Both the position numbers and the translations under genes were made by a program. From Candidatus Bathyarchaeota archaeon (GTDB lineage Archaea > Thermoproteota > Bathyarchaeia > TCS64), in assembly GCA_963769425.1 (NCBI GenBank), contig CAVYLP010000004.1, positions 192,001 to 256,000 on the forward strand: a DNA stretch of 64,000 nt. Direction: 5' to 3'. The notes under the pieces are model-generated. The model searched no databases. It worked only from the letters and a program-made list of their open reading frames with translations, and was not told the DNA's origin. Within the stretch, counting starts at the first letter, position 1, and the number at the start of each line of letters is the position of its first letter. Shown one piece after another: positions 38,741-49,166 of this stretch.

Positions 38741-39016
38741 ATGATAATTTTGCTTCAGGTCGGGACGCAGGAGTACGGGGAAGTCTTCAGAATAGCACGC
38801 AGGGTGGCAGCGCAGGGCAAGAAGATGCTCATCCTCTTCACGGGTGACGGCTGCCGCTTAGTCGAGGACCCGAATATGGCCGAGAGCCTCAACTTCGCCA
38901 GACTCTTCGCGTTGAAAGAGGACGTGCGGAAACCCGCAGAGGGTGTCGAGGTCATCGACTACGACGGCTGGGTGAAGCTTCTAGAATACTGCAACAAGAC
39001 GGCCTGCTGGACCTAG
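38741..39016 (+). CDS. DsrH/TusB-like protein
   Basis: LFTGDG, ALKEDV, VIDYDGWVKLL..W. Confidence 0.75.
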   Translation: MIILLQVGTQEYGEVFRIARRVAAQGKKMLILFTGDGCRLVEDPNMAESLNFARLFALKEDVRKPAEGVEVIDYDGWVKLLEYCNKTACWT

Positions 39017-39237
39017 ACCCACCAGATCCAGCCGCGTCTCTCCTTCGACATCTCCCCGTGGATGGCTCCGCTGAGACGCAGCTTGTTCAGGAACACCGCC
39101 GTAGAGTCAGGGCATCGGACGAGCCTCTTCTGAGTCTCCATCTGAACCTCCCTCGTGGTGAGAGGATGACCAGCATCCCTCAGCAGCTGGAGTATGAGCT
39201 GGTCCGCCTCCTCCCCCTTGAGGACTCTGTTCTCCAT
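39013..39237 (-). CDS. Small winged-helix protein
   Basis: ILQLLRDAGHPLTTREV..FLNKLRLSGAI..WIW. Confidence 0.7.
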   Translation of the reverse strand: MENRVLKGEEADQLILQLLRDAGHPLTTREVQMETQKRLVRCPDSTAVFLNKLRLSGAIHGEMSKERRGWIWWV

Positions 39238-39707
39238 GCATGAATCCCCTTAACGGCTCCTATTATCTACATCGTTGCCCTCGAGACTTTGATCAAGTCG
39301 ACACACGTATCAATTGGAAAACGTCTAAGACAATCCATACTGCCAAATAAATGTATATGATAGGTTGATCTTCCGTCATTCTTTATATAAAAAATATACC
39401 CCATTTTCAATCTGAAAATAACTGGATCGAATAAATTCCCCAATCCTCCCGCCTCTTTATTCAGTGAACGGAGCAAGAAGGACGATGATGGAAGGAAGGT
39501 AATTTCTGGCAGGGAAATACCTATAGAAGGGGCTCAACATCCCCCTAACCTCTTCGGACCTGTATTACGAATCTGTTAGATCCGATGTGAGCAATTTTTT
39601 TTCAAATATGACTAGCTACTGACGCAAAAGGGGATTGAAAACAGCTCCTTTTCAACATGCTAAACTTTCCAAAAATTTTATAATAAATCTGCATCTAAAA
39701 AACTATC

Positions 39708-40298
39708 ATGCCCGTAAATATTATCCAAACCCTAGCCACGCACCGAAAAACGAGCAGGAAGTTCAAACCAGACAAGCCTCCAATCAGTGATATTTTATAC
39801 GCCTTAGAAACTGCCCGTCAAGCCCCATCAGGTAGTAACCTCCAGCCCACAGTCTACATTCTAATCGATGACCCAAGCGTCAAAGCCAAGGTACGAGGAG
39901 CCTCGGAAGAGGGTGAGAAGAGATTCTATGAGAATTTACCCGAGGATCGTAAACGCTGGTACACTGAAAAGGGCCTTAGTTGGCGGAAGCCGAACCTGGA
40001 GGAAGCTCCTTTTCTAGTAGTTGTAGTGGCCGACTCATCTAAGGCTAATTATTTCGCTAGTGCATGGGTCGCAGTTGCATACATGATGCTGGCTCTCGAG
40101 GAGAAAGGATTATCAACAGTTACATACACACCCTCGAATCCGACTCTGGTAGCTAATGCTTTGACACTACCTAAGGGTGAACAGGTTATCACCATCCTCC
40201 CAATTGGTTACGACGCGGACCCCAAGTTAAAGGAGCCTAGGAAGCCATTATCTGAAATTATTAAGCATAATCGATTTGATACCCCACTTACACTGTGA
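39708..40298 (+). CDS. Nitroreductase family protein
   Basis: RKTSRKF, ARQAPSGSNLQP, LPIGY. Confidence 0.9.
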   Translation: MPVNIIQTLATHRKTSRKFKPDKPPISDILYALETARQAPSGSNLQPTVYILIDDPSVKAKVRGASEEGEKRFYENLPEDRKRWYTEKGLSWRKPNLEEAPFLVVVVADSSKANYFASAWVAVAYMMLALEEKGLSTVTYTPSNPTLVANALTLPKGEQVITILPIGYDADPKLKEPRKPLSEIIKHNRFDTPLTL

Positions 40299-40363
40299 GG
40301 GCCTAGGTCTAAACCTTACACTTTTATCCTGAATATTGTAATTCCTAGGCGAGGGACCTAGGT

Positions 40364-41440
40364 TTGAAGCTGTTCACGGTGGGCCCCGTGGCTTGTTACC
40401 CAGTCGTCCTCAAGGCGATGGGGGAGCAGATGTACAGCCACAGGAGTGCCGAGTATAAGAAGCTCCACTACGACACGGTGGAGCGCCTCCAAGCTTACAT
40501 CGAGACGAAGAACCCCATCTACCTCTTCAGCGCGACGGGGACGGGTTTCATGGAGGCCGCGGTGAGGAACTGCGTTAGGGAGAATCTGATCGTCTGTGTG
40601 AACGGCGACTTCGGGAAGCGATTCGCCGACGTCGCCAAGGCGAATGGTAGGGGAGCAGTGATCGTGGAGCCCCCGATGGGGGAGCCCGTCACACCGGCCC
40701 AGTTGGAGGATGCGCTCCGCAGCCACCCTGAGGCTGAGGCCGTTGCCATCACCCACAATGAGACGAGCGCTGGCCTCATCAACCCCCTGAAGGACCTATG
40801 CGCCGTCGCAAAGAAGTACGACAAGCTCATCTTCGTCGACGCCGTCAGCAGCATGGGCGGTACCGAGCTCAAGGTCGACGACTGGGGAATCGACATCTGC
40901 TTCAGCAGCAGCCAGAAGTGCTTCGGCGTCCCACCGGGCCTCGGCATAGGCTCGGTGAGCAAGAAGTGCCTAGACATCGCGGAGAAGATTCCGAACAGGG
41001 GCTACTACTTTGACCTCCTCCTCTGGCAGAAGGACCACGAGAGGGGACAGGGTACCCCCGTCACCTCCGTGATCCCCCAGATCGCAGGCCTAAACGCGGC
41101 GCTCCGGATGGTTGAGGAGAAGGGCGGTAAGCAGTGGTACTTCAACCTCTACAAGAGGAGGAACACGAGGATACGGCGCGCCGTTAAGAGGCTTGGTTCA
41201 CCAGTCTACCCGAAGAGGGGCGCGGAGAGCCCGACGGTGAGCTGCGTGAAGGCGCCGAAGGGCGTCCCGGGACCCAAGGTCTACGAGGCCATGAGGTCGA
41301 AGGGATTCGAGCTTGCTCAGGGCTATGGTGCACTGAAGGAAACAACCTATCGTATAGGTAACATGGGCTACATACCCAGCCTTAGCGTGACTCAGATGCT
41401 CGACGCCCTCAAAGAGGTCTACGAGGAGATAACCCTGTAG
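40364..41440 (+). CDS. Class V PLP aminotransferase (serine-pyruvate/alanine-glyoxylate type)
   Basis: GPV, SHRS, HNETS, VDAVSS, SSQKC (PLP Lys), RIGNMG. Confidence 0.92.
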   Translation: MKLFTVGPVACYPVVLKAMGEQMYSHRSAEYKKLHYDTVERLQAYIETKNPIYLFSATGTGFMEAAVRNCVRENLIVCVNGDFGKRFADVAKANGRGAVIVEPPMGEPVTPAQLEDALRSHPEAEAVAITHNETSAGLINPLKDLCAVAKKYDKLIFVDAVSSMGGTELKVDDWGIDICFSSSQKCFGVPPGLGIGSVSKKCLDIAEKIPNRGYYFDLLLWQKDHERGQGTPVTSVIPQIAGLNAALRMVEEKGGKQWYFNLYKRRNTRIRRAVKRLGSPVYPKRGAESPTVSCVKAPKGVPGPKVYEAMRSKGFELAQGYGALKETTYRIGNMGYIPSLSVTQMLDALKEVYEEITL

Positions 41441-41444
41441 CCCC

Positions 41445-41849
41445 CTATTTTTTGAAGTAGTCCGCTATCTCCGGCCTCGTCAGGAAGTAAATGACGATGG
41501 CGTAGACGAAGACCTTTGTCAACGCCTGCACGGGGGACGCGGGCTCGATGTCTAGTGTTATGAAGAGTTCGAGGAACCCGATTGCTATCTCCCAACCCGA
41601 GAGCACTATCATGCCGAGTCTCCCCCAACTGCGCCCACTCCAGAGCCCGTAAGCAATAGCGAAACCCGCGATCGAGGTGACGACGTAATAGGCTGTCGCG
41701 TACAAGGGTGCACCCCCCACGTAGTAACCGTACACTATGACGACGTTGATTATGCTCTGGATGAAGAAGAAGGAGGCGAGGAGAGTTACTCCGAAGGGCC
41801 TATCCATGTACGATAGCCTGTGAAACGAGGTTAAATCCTTGACCCTCAT
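41445..41849 (-). CDS. Four-TM membrane protein
   Basis: RPFGVTLLA..GLWSGRSWG..YFLTRPEIADYF. Confidence 0.7.
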   Translation of the reverse strand: MRVKDLTSFHRLSYMDRPFGVTLLASFFFIQSIINVVIVYGYYVGGAPLYATAYYVVTSIAGFAIAYGLWSGRSWGRLGMIVLSGWEIAIGFLELFITLDIEPASPVQALTKVFVYAIVIYFLTRPEIADYFKK

Positions 41850-41915
41850 AGGAGCTAGGAATTAAGCTACGGTTTTTGGATACCCTGCAAATAACTTTTT
41901 TCCGTGACCAGAGAC

Positions 41916-42185
41916 TCAGCGCCTTTGGAAGCCTATTAGCTCACCCTTTGCGGGTGCTTTCACAATGGTTACACCGTCGACTAGTGCTCCATATGGTCCT
42001 ACGTGACACCATTCGAGGAACTCCTCCATGTGCCCCTCTTGACCTTCAGCGATGATCTCTACAGAACCGTCGGGGAGATTCCTCACCCAACCAACAAGGC
42101 CGAGGCGGTCGGCAACCCTCTTGGCGTTGGCCCTGAAACCGACGCCCTGAACGTGGCCCGAGATGGTTACGTGTGCGGAGATCAC
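41916..42185 (-). CDS. acyP: Acylphosphatase
   Basis: GHVQGVGFR, GWVRNLPDGSVE. Confidence 0.93.
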   Translation of the reverse strand: MISAHVTISGHVQGVGFRANAKRVADRLGLVGWVRNLPDGSVEIIAEGQEGHMEEFLEWCHVGPYGALVDGVTIVKAPAKGELIGFQRR

Positions 42186-43270
42186 GGCTGCTCAACGCCG
42201 TACTTAGCGGATATGAAGCAGCTTCCCTCATGACTAACCATGCAGGGGCCTATGGGTGAGTCGGGTGTGCATGTCTTGTTGAAGAGGGGGCAGTCCCATG
42301 GATAGCAGACGGCGCGTAGCACCTCACCGCAGCGGCAACCGGGGGGCATCTCGTAGCTCGCCTCCGATTCGAAGTCGAATCGCTTCGAGGCGTCATGGTC
42401 CTCAAATTCATTCTTCAGGGCGAGGCCGGAGTCGGGGATGGTACCGATTCCCCTCCAGGGGGCGTCCCGCCTCTCGAAAACCTCCTCCATCAGACTAATC
42501 GCGTGGGGGTTTCCCTCTGGGCGCACTATCCTCGTGTAGGCGTTCTCCAGCTCCCCCCGCCCCTCCTTGAGTTGTTTGCATATCATCGCGACTGAGAATA
42601 GTATGTCGAGTGGCTCGAAGCCTGCAATGACCTGCGGCACCTTATAGTGATTCGTGACCTCGCGGTACCCGACCTCTCCGATTATGGCGCTGACATGGCC
42701 TGGATCGATGAATCCGTCAACTGGCGTTTCCCCCGATTTTAGGAGGTGAATCATGGCCGGTGGTATGAGTATGTGGGCACTGTAGACACTGAAGTTCTCC
42801 GGCGGGTCTGCGAGCAGCTCAGAGGCTGTAGTTGGCGCCGTCGTCTCGAAGCCCACGCCGAAGTGGACCACCTGCTTATCCGTATCCGCCGCCATCTTCG
42901 CCGCATCATGGATGCTGTAGACGACCCTCACGTCGGCTCCCCTCGCTTTCGCGTCGACGAGACTACCTAAGCCCGCGGGGACCCTCATCATGTCCCCGAA
43001 GGTTGTGAGGACCACCCCCGACTCTGCTAGCCTAATAGCGAAGTCGATGCGGTTCGGCGGGACCGTGCAGACGGGGCACCCCGGCCCCATGAGGACCTCC
43101 ACATTCTTCGGGAGCATGCTCCTGAGCCCGAACTTCATTATAGCATCCTCGTGGGTGCCGCAGACGTGGACTATCCTGATACGTCTGTCCCCCGCAAGCT
43201 CCCTGATGAGCTGGACGACCCTCTTTGCTGTGTCGCCGTCCCTGAACCTCTCCGAGATGCCCGACATCAA
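42182..43270 (-). CDS. hypD: Hydrogenase maturation protein HypD
   Basis: VCGTH, GPGCPVC, GFETT, PGHVS, C-terminal Cys cluster GPCMVS.EG.C. Confidence 0.96.
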   Translation of the reverse strand: MMSGISERFRDGDTAKRVVQLIRELAGDRRIRIVHVCGTHEDAIMKFGLRSMLPKNVEVLMGPGCPVCTVPPNRIDFAIRLAESGVVLTTFGDMMRVPAGLGSLVDAKARGADVRVVYSIHDAAKMAADTDKQVVHFGVGFETTAPTTASELLADPPENFSVYSAHILIPPAMIHLLKSGETPVDGFIDPGHVSAIIGEVGYREVTNHYKVPQVIAGFEPLDILFSVAMICKQLKEGRGELENAYTRIVRPEGNPHAISLMEEVFERRDAPWRGIGTIPDSGLALKNEFEDHDASKRFDFESEASYEMPPGCRCGEVLRAVCYPWDCPLFNKTCTPDSPIGPCMVSHEGSCFISAKYGVEQP

Positions 43271-43351
43271 GGAGGACTCAGAGTCATCGGATATAAACCT
43301 CCCCGATGCCCTGAGGGGTAGGGGTTTATATCAGGAAACCCGTAGATTGAG

Positions 43352-43682
43352 GGTGAGGACTGACAGGGTGTCGGAAGAGCAAGCCCCCGAGAAGATAGTA
43401 TTCACGGATAAGGTCGATTTTAAGTTCACAGCAGCTTACGAGGCATACAGCAAGGCCTTCGATGGGGTTGAATCAGCGGTTAAAGTGGAGTTGAATGACG
43501 CCGTTACGAAGCTACACGACGGCAAGATGGACTATGGACTATTCTATAACACTATCAACCAACACATACAGGGCGCTGATAAGGGAAGCAGTTTTAGGCG
43601 CGCCCGGATAGAGGGGCAGAGAAAGAAGGAATACGAGAAAGACGAGCGCAAGCGCGGAAGAAACGAGAGATACCGCAGCTAA
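43352..43682 (+). CDS. Hypothetical protein
   Basis: 3' part of ORF 42990-43682 lying outside hypD; GTG start candidates near 43352-43368. Confidence 0.55.
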
Positions 43683-43703
43683 GTTTACCCTAAATAATCT
43701 TAT

Positions 43704-45113
43704 CTAATGATTCTTGTGATATCTGTACCTCTCGAGGAAGAGGTCGTAGCCGCAGTTGGTTTCAACGAATTCAACGGGCTGTCTTAGTCCATCGGTAAGA
43801 GTGTGGAAGCTGAGGCTGCTCATCATCGGGTCATTTGGGATGAGGGGCGTCTGGCAATCGAGGAAGGGGTCCTTCTGCTCGATATAGAGAAGGCCACCCT
43901 TGTTGATGACACGCAGCTTTTCGAGGCCCATGTGTATCTGGTAATCGCCGATTAGATTCCTCATCTTTTCTCGTAGTTCTAGATGCGGGTGGGCGTAGGG
44001 GTTCTGACCCATTAATGCAGCGAAGATTCCGTCCGCTATGGTTGCGAAGGGTGGGCGGCTCGTGTTCGCAGCCATTGCAACGCCGAGTTTGAGGTCGGGG
44101 ACCATGGCGAGGTGTGCGGTTGCGACTAGTAGGCTACCTCCATGGTTTAGCTGCTTGTAGCTGTGGAAGTCGGGGAGGATGCTCCACCCGTATCCGTAGC
44201 TGCTCATTCCCCAGTAAGTCTCTGCATACTCGATGTGAGGGGTGAACATCCTCTTGATGGACTCCTCGGAGGCGAGTCGCTTCCCCTTATGGAAGCCACC
44301 GTTCATGAGGGCGGCGAGGTAGGTTGTCAGTTCTGTCATTGGTGCCATGAGGCCTCCCGCTGCGGCGTTCCAGCTGAAGTCGGGGTTCTCAGAGACGTCG
44401 GGGTAGGGGAAGCCGGTTGGTTGGAGGGTGCCGTCTGTCCTCTTCCAGTGGGCGACCATCCTGTCGGGGTCAGCGTCGAACTCGTGCTTGACGAATGTGC
44501 TCCTCCCCATCCCAAGGGGTTTGAGGATATTCTCGCGGATGTACTCGTGGAATGGGACGCCGCTGACCTTCTGAATTATGTTTCCTACTACTCGGAAGCC
44601 TTCGTTGCTGTAGAAGAATCGCTCCCCAGGGTCCGCCGCGATCTCGGCGTTAGCGGAGTTTACTACTCGATAGAAGTCGTCGGTTGTGCCCCACGGGACG
44701 CCGAGGTCGACTCCGACTCCGCGGCTGAGGCCGATGGTGCTTGTGGCGAGGTTGGGGACACCGCTGCCGTGGCTGAGTAGGTGGTGAATGGTTATCGGCT
44801 TTCCTTTTAGGCCAAGCTTAAAGGGGACGTAGTCGGCAGCTGGGTCTGTAAGCTTGATCTTTCCTTTTTCAGCTAGCTGCATCGCAGCGAGGGCGACGAA
44901 GCTCTTCGTGCAGGAACCGATCCCGTAGAGGGTTTTGGGGGTGGCGGGGAGGGTACGCGCGGGATCTCGGGAGCCGAAGCCCTGCGAGTAGATCACCTTT
45001 CCCTCCTGGACGACGGCGACGCTGAAGCCGGGTATCTTTCCCTCTCTCATGAACTCGGGGATGATCCTCTCTGCGAACTCCTTCATCTTCTCGGTCTTGC
45101 CGGGTTTTGACAT
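43704..45113 (-). CDS. Serine hydrolase, beta-lactamase family with C-terminal extension (Pab87-like)
   Basis: GSCTK, LLSHGSG, YSN, YGYGW, HGG. Confidence 0.9.
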   Translation of the reverse strand: MSKPGKTEKMKEFAERIIPEFMREGKIPGFSVAVVQEGKVIYSQGFGSRDPARTLPATPKTLYGIGSCTKSFVALAAMQLAEKGKIKLTDPAADYVPFKLGLKGKPITIHHLLSHGSGVPNLATSTIGLSRGVGVDLGVPWGTTDDFYRVVNSANAEIAADPGERFFYSNEGFRVVGNIIQKVSGVPFHEYIRENILKPLGMGRSTFVKHEFDADPDRMVAHWKRTDGTLQPTGFPYPDVSENPDFSWNAAAGGLMAPMTELTTYLAALMNGGFHKGKRLASEESIKRMFTPHIEYAETYWGMSSYGYGWSILPDFHSYKQLNHGGSLLVATAHLAMVPDLKLGVAMAANTSRPPFATIADGIFAALMGQNPYAHPHLELREKMRNLIGDYQIHMGLEKLRVINKGGLLYIEQKDPFLDCQTPLIPNDPMMSSLSFHTLTDGLRQPVEFVETNCGYDLFLERYRYHKNH

Positions 45114-45190
45114 GGATAATCTGATGCGTGAGTGGTTTTAAGGTCGTGGGGCGTAGACCCTTTAACCCTGATGCAGCGTATCTAATCGTC

Positions 45191-46507
45191 ATGAAGGACC
45201 TAAGGCTCCTATGCGTCGGCGACGCCTTCATCGCGCGCCGAATCGGCGTTTACGGGGGCGAGCCCGACGTGGCGCCCCTCTTCAAGAGGATCAGGGACGC
45301 GGACGTCTCGTTCATTAACGTGGAGATCGCCATTCACAGCTTCGAGGGGTACCCGATAGGAGAGGGGAAGTATGACGCCTACGGGCAGGCGGATCCCATC
45401 GTGGCGGACGACCTGAAGGAGATTGGCTTCGACATCTGCAGCTGCGCGAACAACCATGCAATGGATTACAGCGAGGGCGGGCTGAGGGCGACCATCGGGA
45501 ACCTCGACCGGGTGGGCATCGCCCACTCAGGATCGGGCATGAACCTCGCGGAGGCGAGGGAGCCCGCGTTCCTCGACACGCCGCAGGGGGTCGTGAGTCT
45601 CGTCTCTGCTAGCACATGGGACCTCGGCTTCGCGGGTCAACAGAGGAATAACCTACCCGGGAGGCCGGGTGTCAACCCCCTCCACCTCGACAAGATCTAC
45701 CACCTTAAACCCGAGCACTGGGACCAGTTCAAGGGCATCTTAGCCGCTGTCGATCACGCGGCGGACATCTTCGTCAACGAGCCCAAGTTCATAAGGTTCC
45801 CTGACAGGGAGACGAAGTTCATGAGGGGTGAGGAGACGAGGAGGGAGTACGTCCCGAGGAAGGCGGACATCGATGGTAACATTCGCGCCCTCAGGGACGC
45901 CCGATCCCTAAGCGACTGGGTCTTCTTCAGCCTGCACGACCACTTCGCCGGCGTACACGCCCCGAAGGGGTACAGGAACCTAGACCTTCCACCAGACGAG
46001 GTCCGGGACTTCGCACACAAAGTTATCGACGCGGGCGCAGACGCCTACCTGGGCCACGGCCCACACGTGATGAGAGGCATCGAGGTCTACAAAGGGAAGC
46101 CCATCTTCTACAGCCTAGGCAACTTCGTCTTCCAGAGCACACTAATCCGGAGGCAACCGGCGGACCTCTTCGACCTCTGGGGTATGACGGGGGAGCAGAC
46201 AACGGTTGAGCTATACGAGAAGCGTGAGGCGCCACCCGCCGTCTTCTTCGACGACCCGAGCTACTGGGAGAGCTTCGTCGCCGAGGTCGACTACGCGGAG
46301 GGGAAGCTGAAGGAAATTCACCTCATCCCGATAGTGCTCGATTACGACCCGAAGAAACCACTTAGCGAGCAGAGGACGACGGCCGGTGTGCCCCGCCTCG
46401 CGAAGGGTAATAAGGCAAAGAAGATCATCGAGGACCTCGCCCGCCTCTCGCACCTCTACGGGACGGAGGTCGAATACAGGGACGGGGTGGGGGTAATAAC
46501 CCCCTAG
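45191..46507 (+). CDS. CapA/PGA_cap family metallophosphatase-like protein
   Basis: VGD, NVE, ANNHAMDY, GHGPH, IFYSLGNF. Confidence 0.9.
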   Translation: MKDLRLLCVGDAFIARRIGVYGGEPDVAPLFKRIRDADVSFINVEIAIHSFEGYPIGEGKYDAYGQADPIVADDLKEIGFDICSCANNHAMDYSEGGLRATIGNLDRVGIAHSGSGMNLAEAREPAFLDTPQGVVSLVSASTWDLGFAGQQRNNLPGRPGVNPLHLDKIYHLKPEHWDQFKGILAAVDHAADIFVNEPKFIRFPDRETKFMRGEETRREYVPRKADIDGNIRALRDARSLSDWVFFSLHDHFAGVHAPKGYRNLDLPPDEVRDFAHKVIDAGADAYLGHGPHVMRGIEVYKGKPIFYSLGNFVFQSTLIRRQPADLFDLWGMTGEQTTVELYEKREAPPAVFFDDPSYWESFVAEVDYAEGKLKEIHLIPIVLDYDPKKPLSEQRTTAGVPRLAKGNKAKKIIEDLARLSHLYGTEVEYRDGVGVITP

Positions 46508-46511
46508 TCGG

Positions 46512-47135
46512 CTAGTCCTCGAACGCCTTTATCAGGTCGTCGTCGCTGAGGGTCCCGACGACGCCGCCCTCGCCGTTTATGAGAATGTGGTCGAGGCCGG
46601 TGACCGCCATGACCCTTATCGCGTTAGCGAGTTTGTCGTCCTCGCCGAGGGAGATGCAGACATTCGTGCCCTTGAGGCCGCATGCCTCCATGAACTCCTT
46701 CGTGTAGGCGCCCTTGAGGATGCTTGAGACCTTTAGGTCGCGGACGTCGCGGGGTATCTGCTCGAGCATATCTTTCTGCAGGACCCAGGTGACCATGGCG
46801 TCGAAGAGGTCGTGACTAGTGACGAGGCCCTGGACCTCGCCCTTCTTGTCCCTTACGACGGCGATGTCCTTGCCGCCGGCGCCCATGGCCTCGGCGACCT
46901 CGCCGAGCGTCTGGGTAGTGGCTACGAATAGGGGCTTCTTCTTCATGAACTCCCTGATTGGTTTATCGAGGTTCAACTTGATCAGTGTTTCCTCGGGAAC
47001 CGGGGTTAAAAAAACCTCTTTTTTCGATAAAATTAGCGATGAAAAAAATATGAACGGTGTATCAAAATGAAGACTGTGCTTGAAAATTATTATAGTGGAA
47101 AGGTAGGTGGCAAAGCCTAGGAAGATTAGACTCAT
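46512..47135 (-). CDS. CBS domain protein
   Basis: Two CBS repeats (GLVTSHDL, GTLSDDDL); real start probably near 47000. Confidence 0.75.
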   Translation of the reverse strand: MSLIFLGFATYLSTIIIFKHSLHFDTPFIFFSSLILSKKEVFLTPVPEETLIKLNLDKPIREFMKKKPLFVATTQTLGEVAEAMGAGGKDIAVVRDKKGEVQGLVTSHDLFDAMVTWVLQKDMLEQIPRDVRDLKVSSILKGAYTKEFMEACGLKGTNVCISLGEDDKLANAIRVMAVTGLDHILINGEGGVVGTLSDDDLIKAFED

Positions 47136-47180
47136 TGTCTATTCGGAGCCTGCGTGCAAGCCCCGTTTAGGAAATCTGTT

Positions 47181-47360
47181 CTAGCCTGTCCTATGCTTCG
47201 AGAAGCAGTCTCTGCAGTACACCGGCCGACCGGCTGTTGGCTTGAATGGTACTTCGCATTCCTTGCCGCAATCTGAACACTTCACCTTCGTCGCCTCGCG
47301 TGGGCGTTCCCTGGGCTCGCTGCCGGGCTTCCTCTTATCAAAATATACTGTCATTTTCAT
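47181..47360 (-). CDS. CxxC-x17-CxxC Zn-ribbon protein
   Basis: CSDCGKECEVPFKPTAGRPVYCRDCF. Confidence 0.85.
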   Translation of the reverse strand: MKMTVYFDKRKPGSEPRERPREATKVKCSDCGKECEVPFKPTAGRPVYCRDCFSKHRTG

Positions 47361-47572
47361 TTCACCGCATATAGGTTGCCCAAAGGGCCCCCTGTACACT
47401 ACGGTATACGAGGGTTGCTAGAGGTTAAACCTATGTAATTTACAGACGTGACCCCGACTTAGCTGCATGCTAGTGATAGTTTAATAGCCGCCTTATTCCA
47501 TTCTGGGAAAGTCGGGGCGACCCGGTTATATTCGGGCATCACAGCGAGTATTAGGGACGCCGTGGGCGAGCG

Positions 47573-48605
47573 ATGAAGGTGGAGGAGTTCCAAGCAGGCA
47601 TCGGGGAGGCGAGGCTCATGCTCCCGCCCCTCGCTGACTACACTGACTACCCGTACCGCCGCGTCATTGCCGGCTTCGACCCCCCCTTCGTAGTCACAGA
47701 GATGATCAGCGCGGACGCCCTCATACACGGCGGCGCGAGGACGCGGCGTATGCTTGATAGGGTCAGCGGCGCCCGGTGCGAGGGCGTCCAACTCGTCGGA
47801 GCGAACCCCGAGACCATGGCCGAGGGCGCGAGGATCGTCGAGTCCCTCGGCTTCGACTACGTCGACGTGAACATGGGCTGCACAATCAACAAGGTCGCTC
47901 GGCAGGGGGCGGGCATCTCCCTGATGGGGGACGAGGAAAGGGCCTGCTGCGTAGTCTCCGCTATTATAAACGCGGTTAGTATTTCTGTCACCTGCAAGAT
48001 GAGGCTCGGCATGAGCAAGGAAAAGGTCAACGTCGTGAGCCTGTCGAGGAGGCTCGAAGAGATTGGAGTCGCTTCTATAACTGTCCACGGTAGGAGCGGG
48101 GAGAAGAAGTGGGGCCTCCCTGTTGTTTACGATGAGATCAAGGGGGTCGTTGAAGCACTCAACATCCCCGTAGTGGCGAATGGTGGGGTCTTCACGGGTG
48201 AGGACGCGAAGAGGATGATCGAGATGACGGGGGCTACCGGGGTCATGCCCGGGAGGGGCCTAATCGGGAACCCCTGGATAGTCCCCGAGATAACCGCCGC
48301 CCTCATGGGATGCTGATTATCGCCCCCCGACGCTCGCCGATAGAAAGGCGACCTGCCTCCTCCACATGCGGTACCTCTGCGAGTACTACGGCGACCATGG
48401 CGGCGCCGTCAAGATGCGCAGGATACTCCCCGAGTACTTCCCCGGGTGCGTGAACCTCCGAAGCCTCAGACAGGACATACACGAGACCTCAACCCCCGGG
48501 GAGGTAGAGGCCCTGATGGATAGAATCCTAGAGGACGGCGCCCACGGGAGCTACGATTGGCGGTCTACTTCCCACGCTGACGATCCTTCACCCACGATAG
48601 GATGA
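47573..48605 (+). CDS. dus: tRNA-dihydrouridine synthase family protein, frameshift near 48310
   Basis: LPPLADYTD, TEMISA, DVNMGC, VTCKMR, TVHGR, ANGGV, GRGLIGNPW; helical C-domain in ORF 48366-48605. Confidence 0.85.
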
Positions 48606-48770
48606 CGACGCCGTCGACGAAGGCGATTATGAGGTTCAGCATTATCGGCACGTCGAAGCCGTATACGTCGAAGAGGATACTTCCGATTATCGGGGCGGAT
48701 AACCCATTAGGCAGCGGAACGTGGAGAAGCTCCCCAGCCCTAGACCGAGGCTGAGGGCGAAGGGCTGCCA
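48575..48770 (-). pseudogene. Possible C-terminal remnant of an MFS-type membrane protein
   Basis: Minus-strand translation ..SAPIIGSILFDVYGFDVPIMLNLIIAFVDGVVILSWVKDRQRGK*; no intact upstream part. Confidence 0.4.
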
Positions 48771-49166
48771 GACGGTTAGCCTGAGGTTGTCACGGATGCC
48801 GCGAAGGGCCGATGCGGCCGACAGGGTGAATAGTCTCCCCCAGTCGCGAAGTCTCTCCCCAACCATATCTGACACCCGTGAACATTTCGATGAACCTGAT
48901 GCATATCCCCCGACCGATATTTAGAGGTAGCGAAAAAACCCCGGAAACACCCCTTAGGAAAAAGGCAGGGTAGGGTAAGCCGAATAGCCGCATCCATGCC
49001 ACCATTTAAGAAAATAGGCTTAAAAACGACTCCGTTCAGAAGCCTTATAATGCATAAACGCGCTGTTAAGCCACTTTTCTCGGCGCGGACCCTACCTACA
49101 CTGGGAAAAAGTTCCACGATCAAACCCTTTCCGCTACATCAAAGGCTTGGAGATCCGCGAAATACC

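Noticed and set aside
41916-43270. Acylphosphatase as a split HypF domain next to hypD
   Set aside because: It has complete stand-alone AcyP catalytic motifs and no other HypF domains are adjacent.
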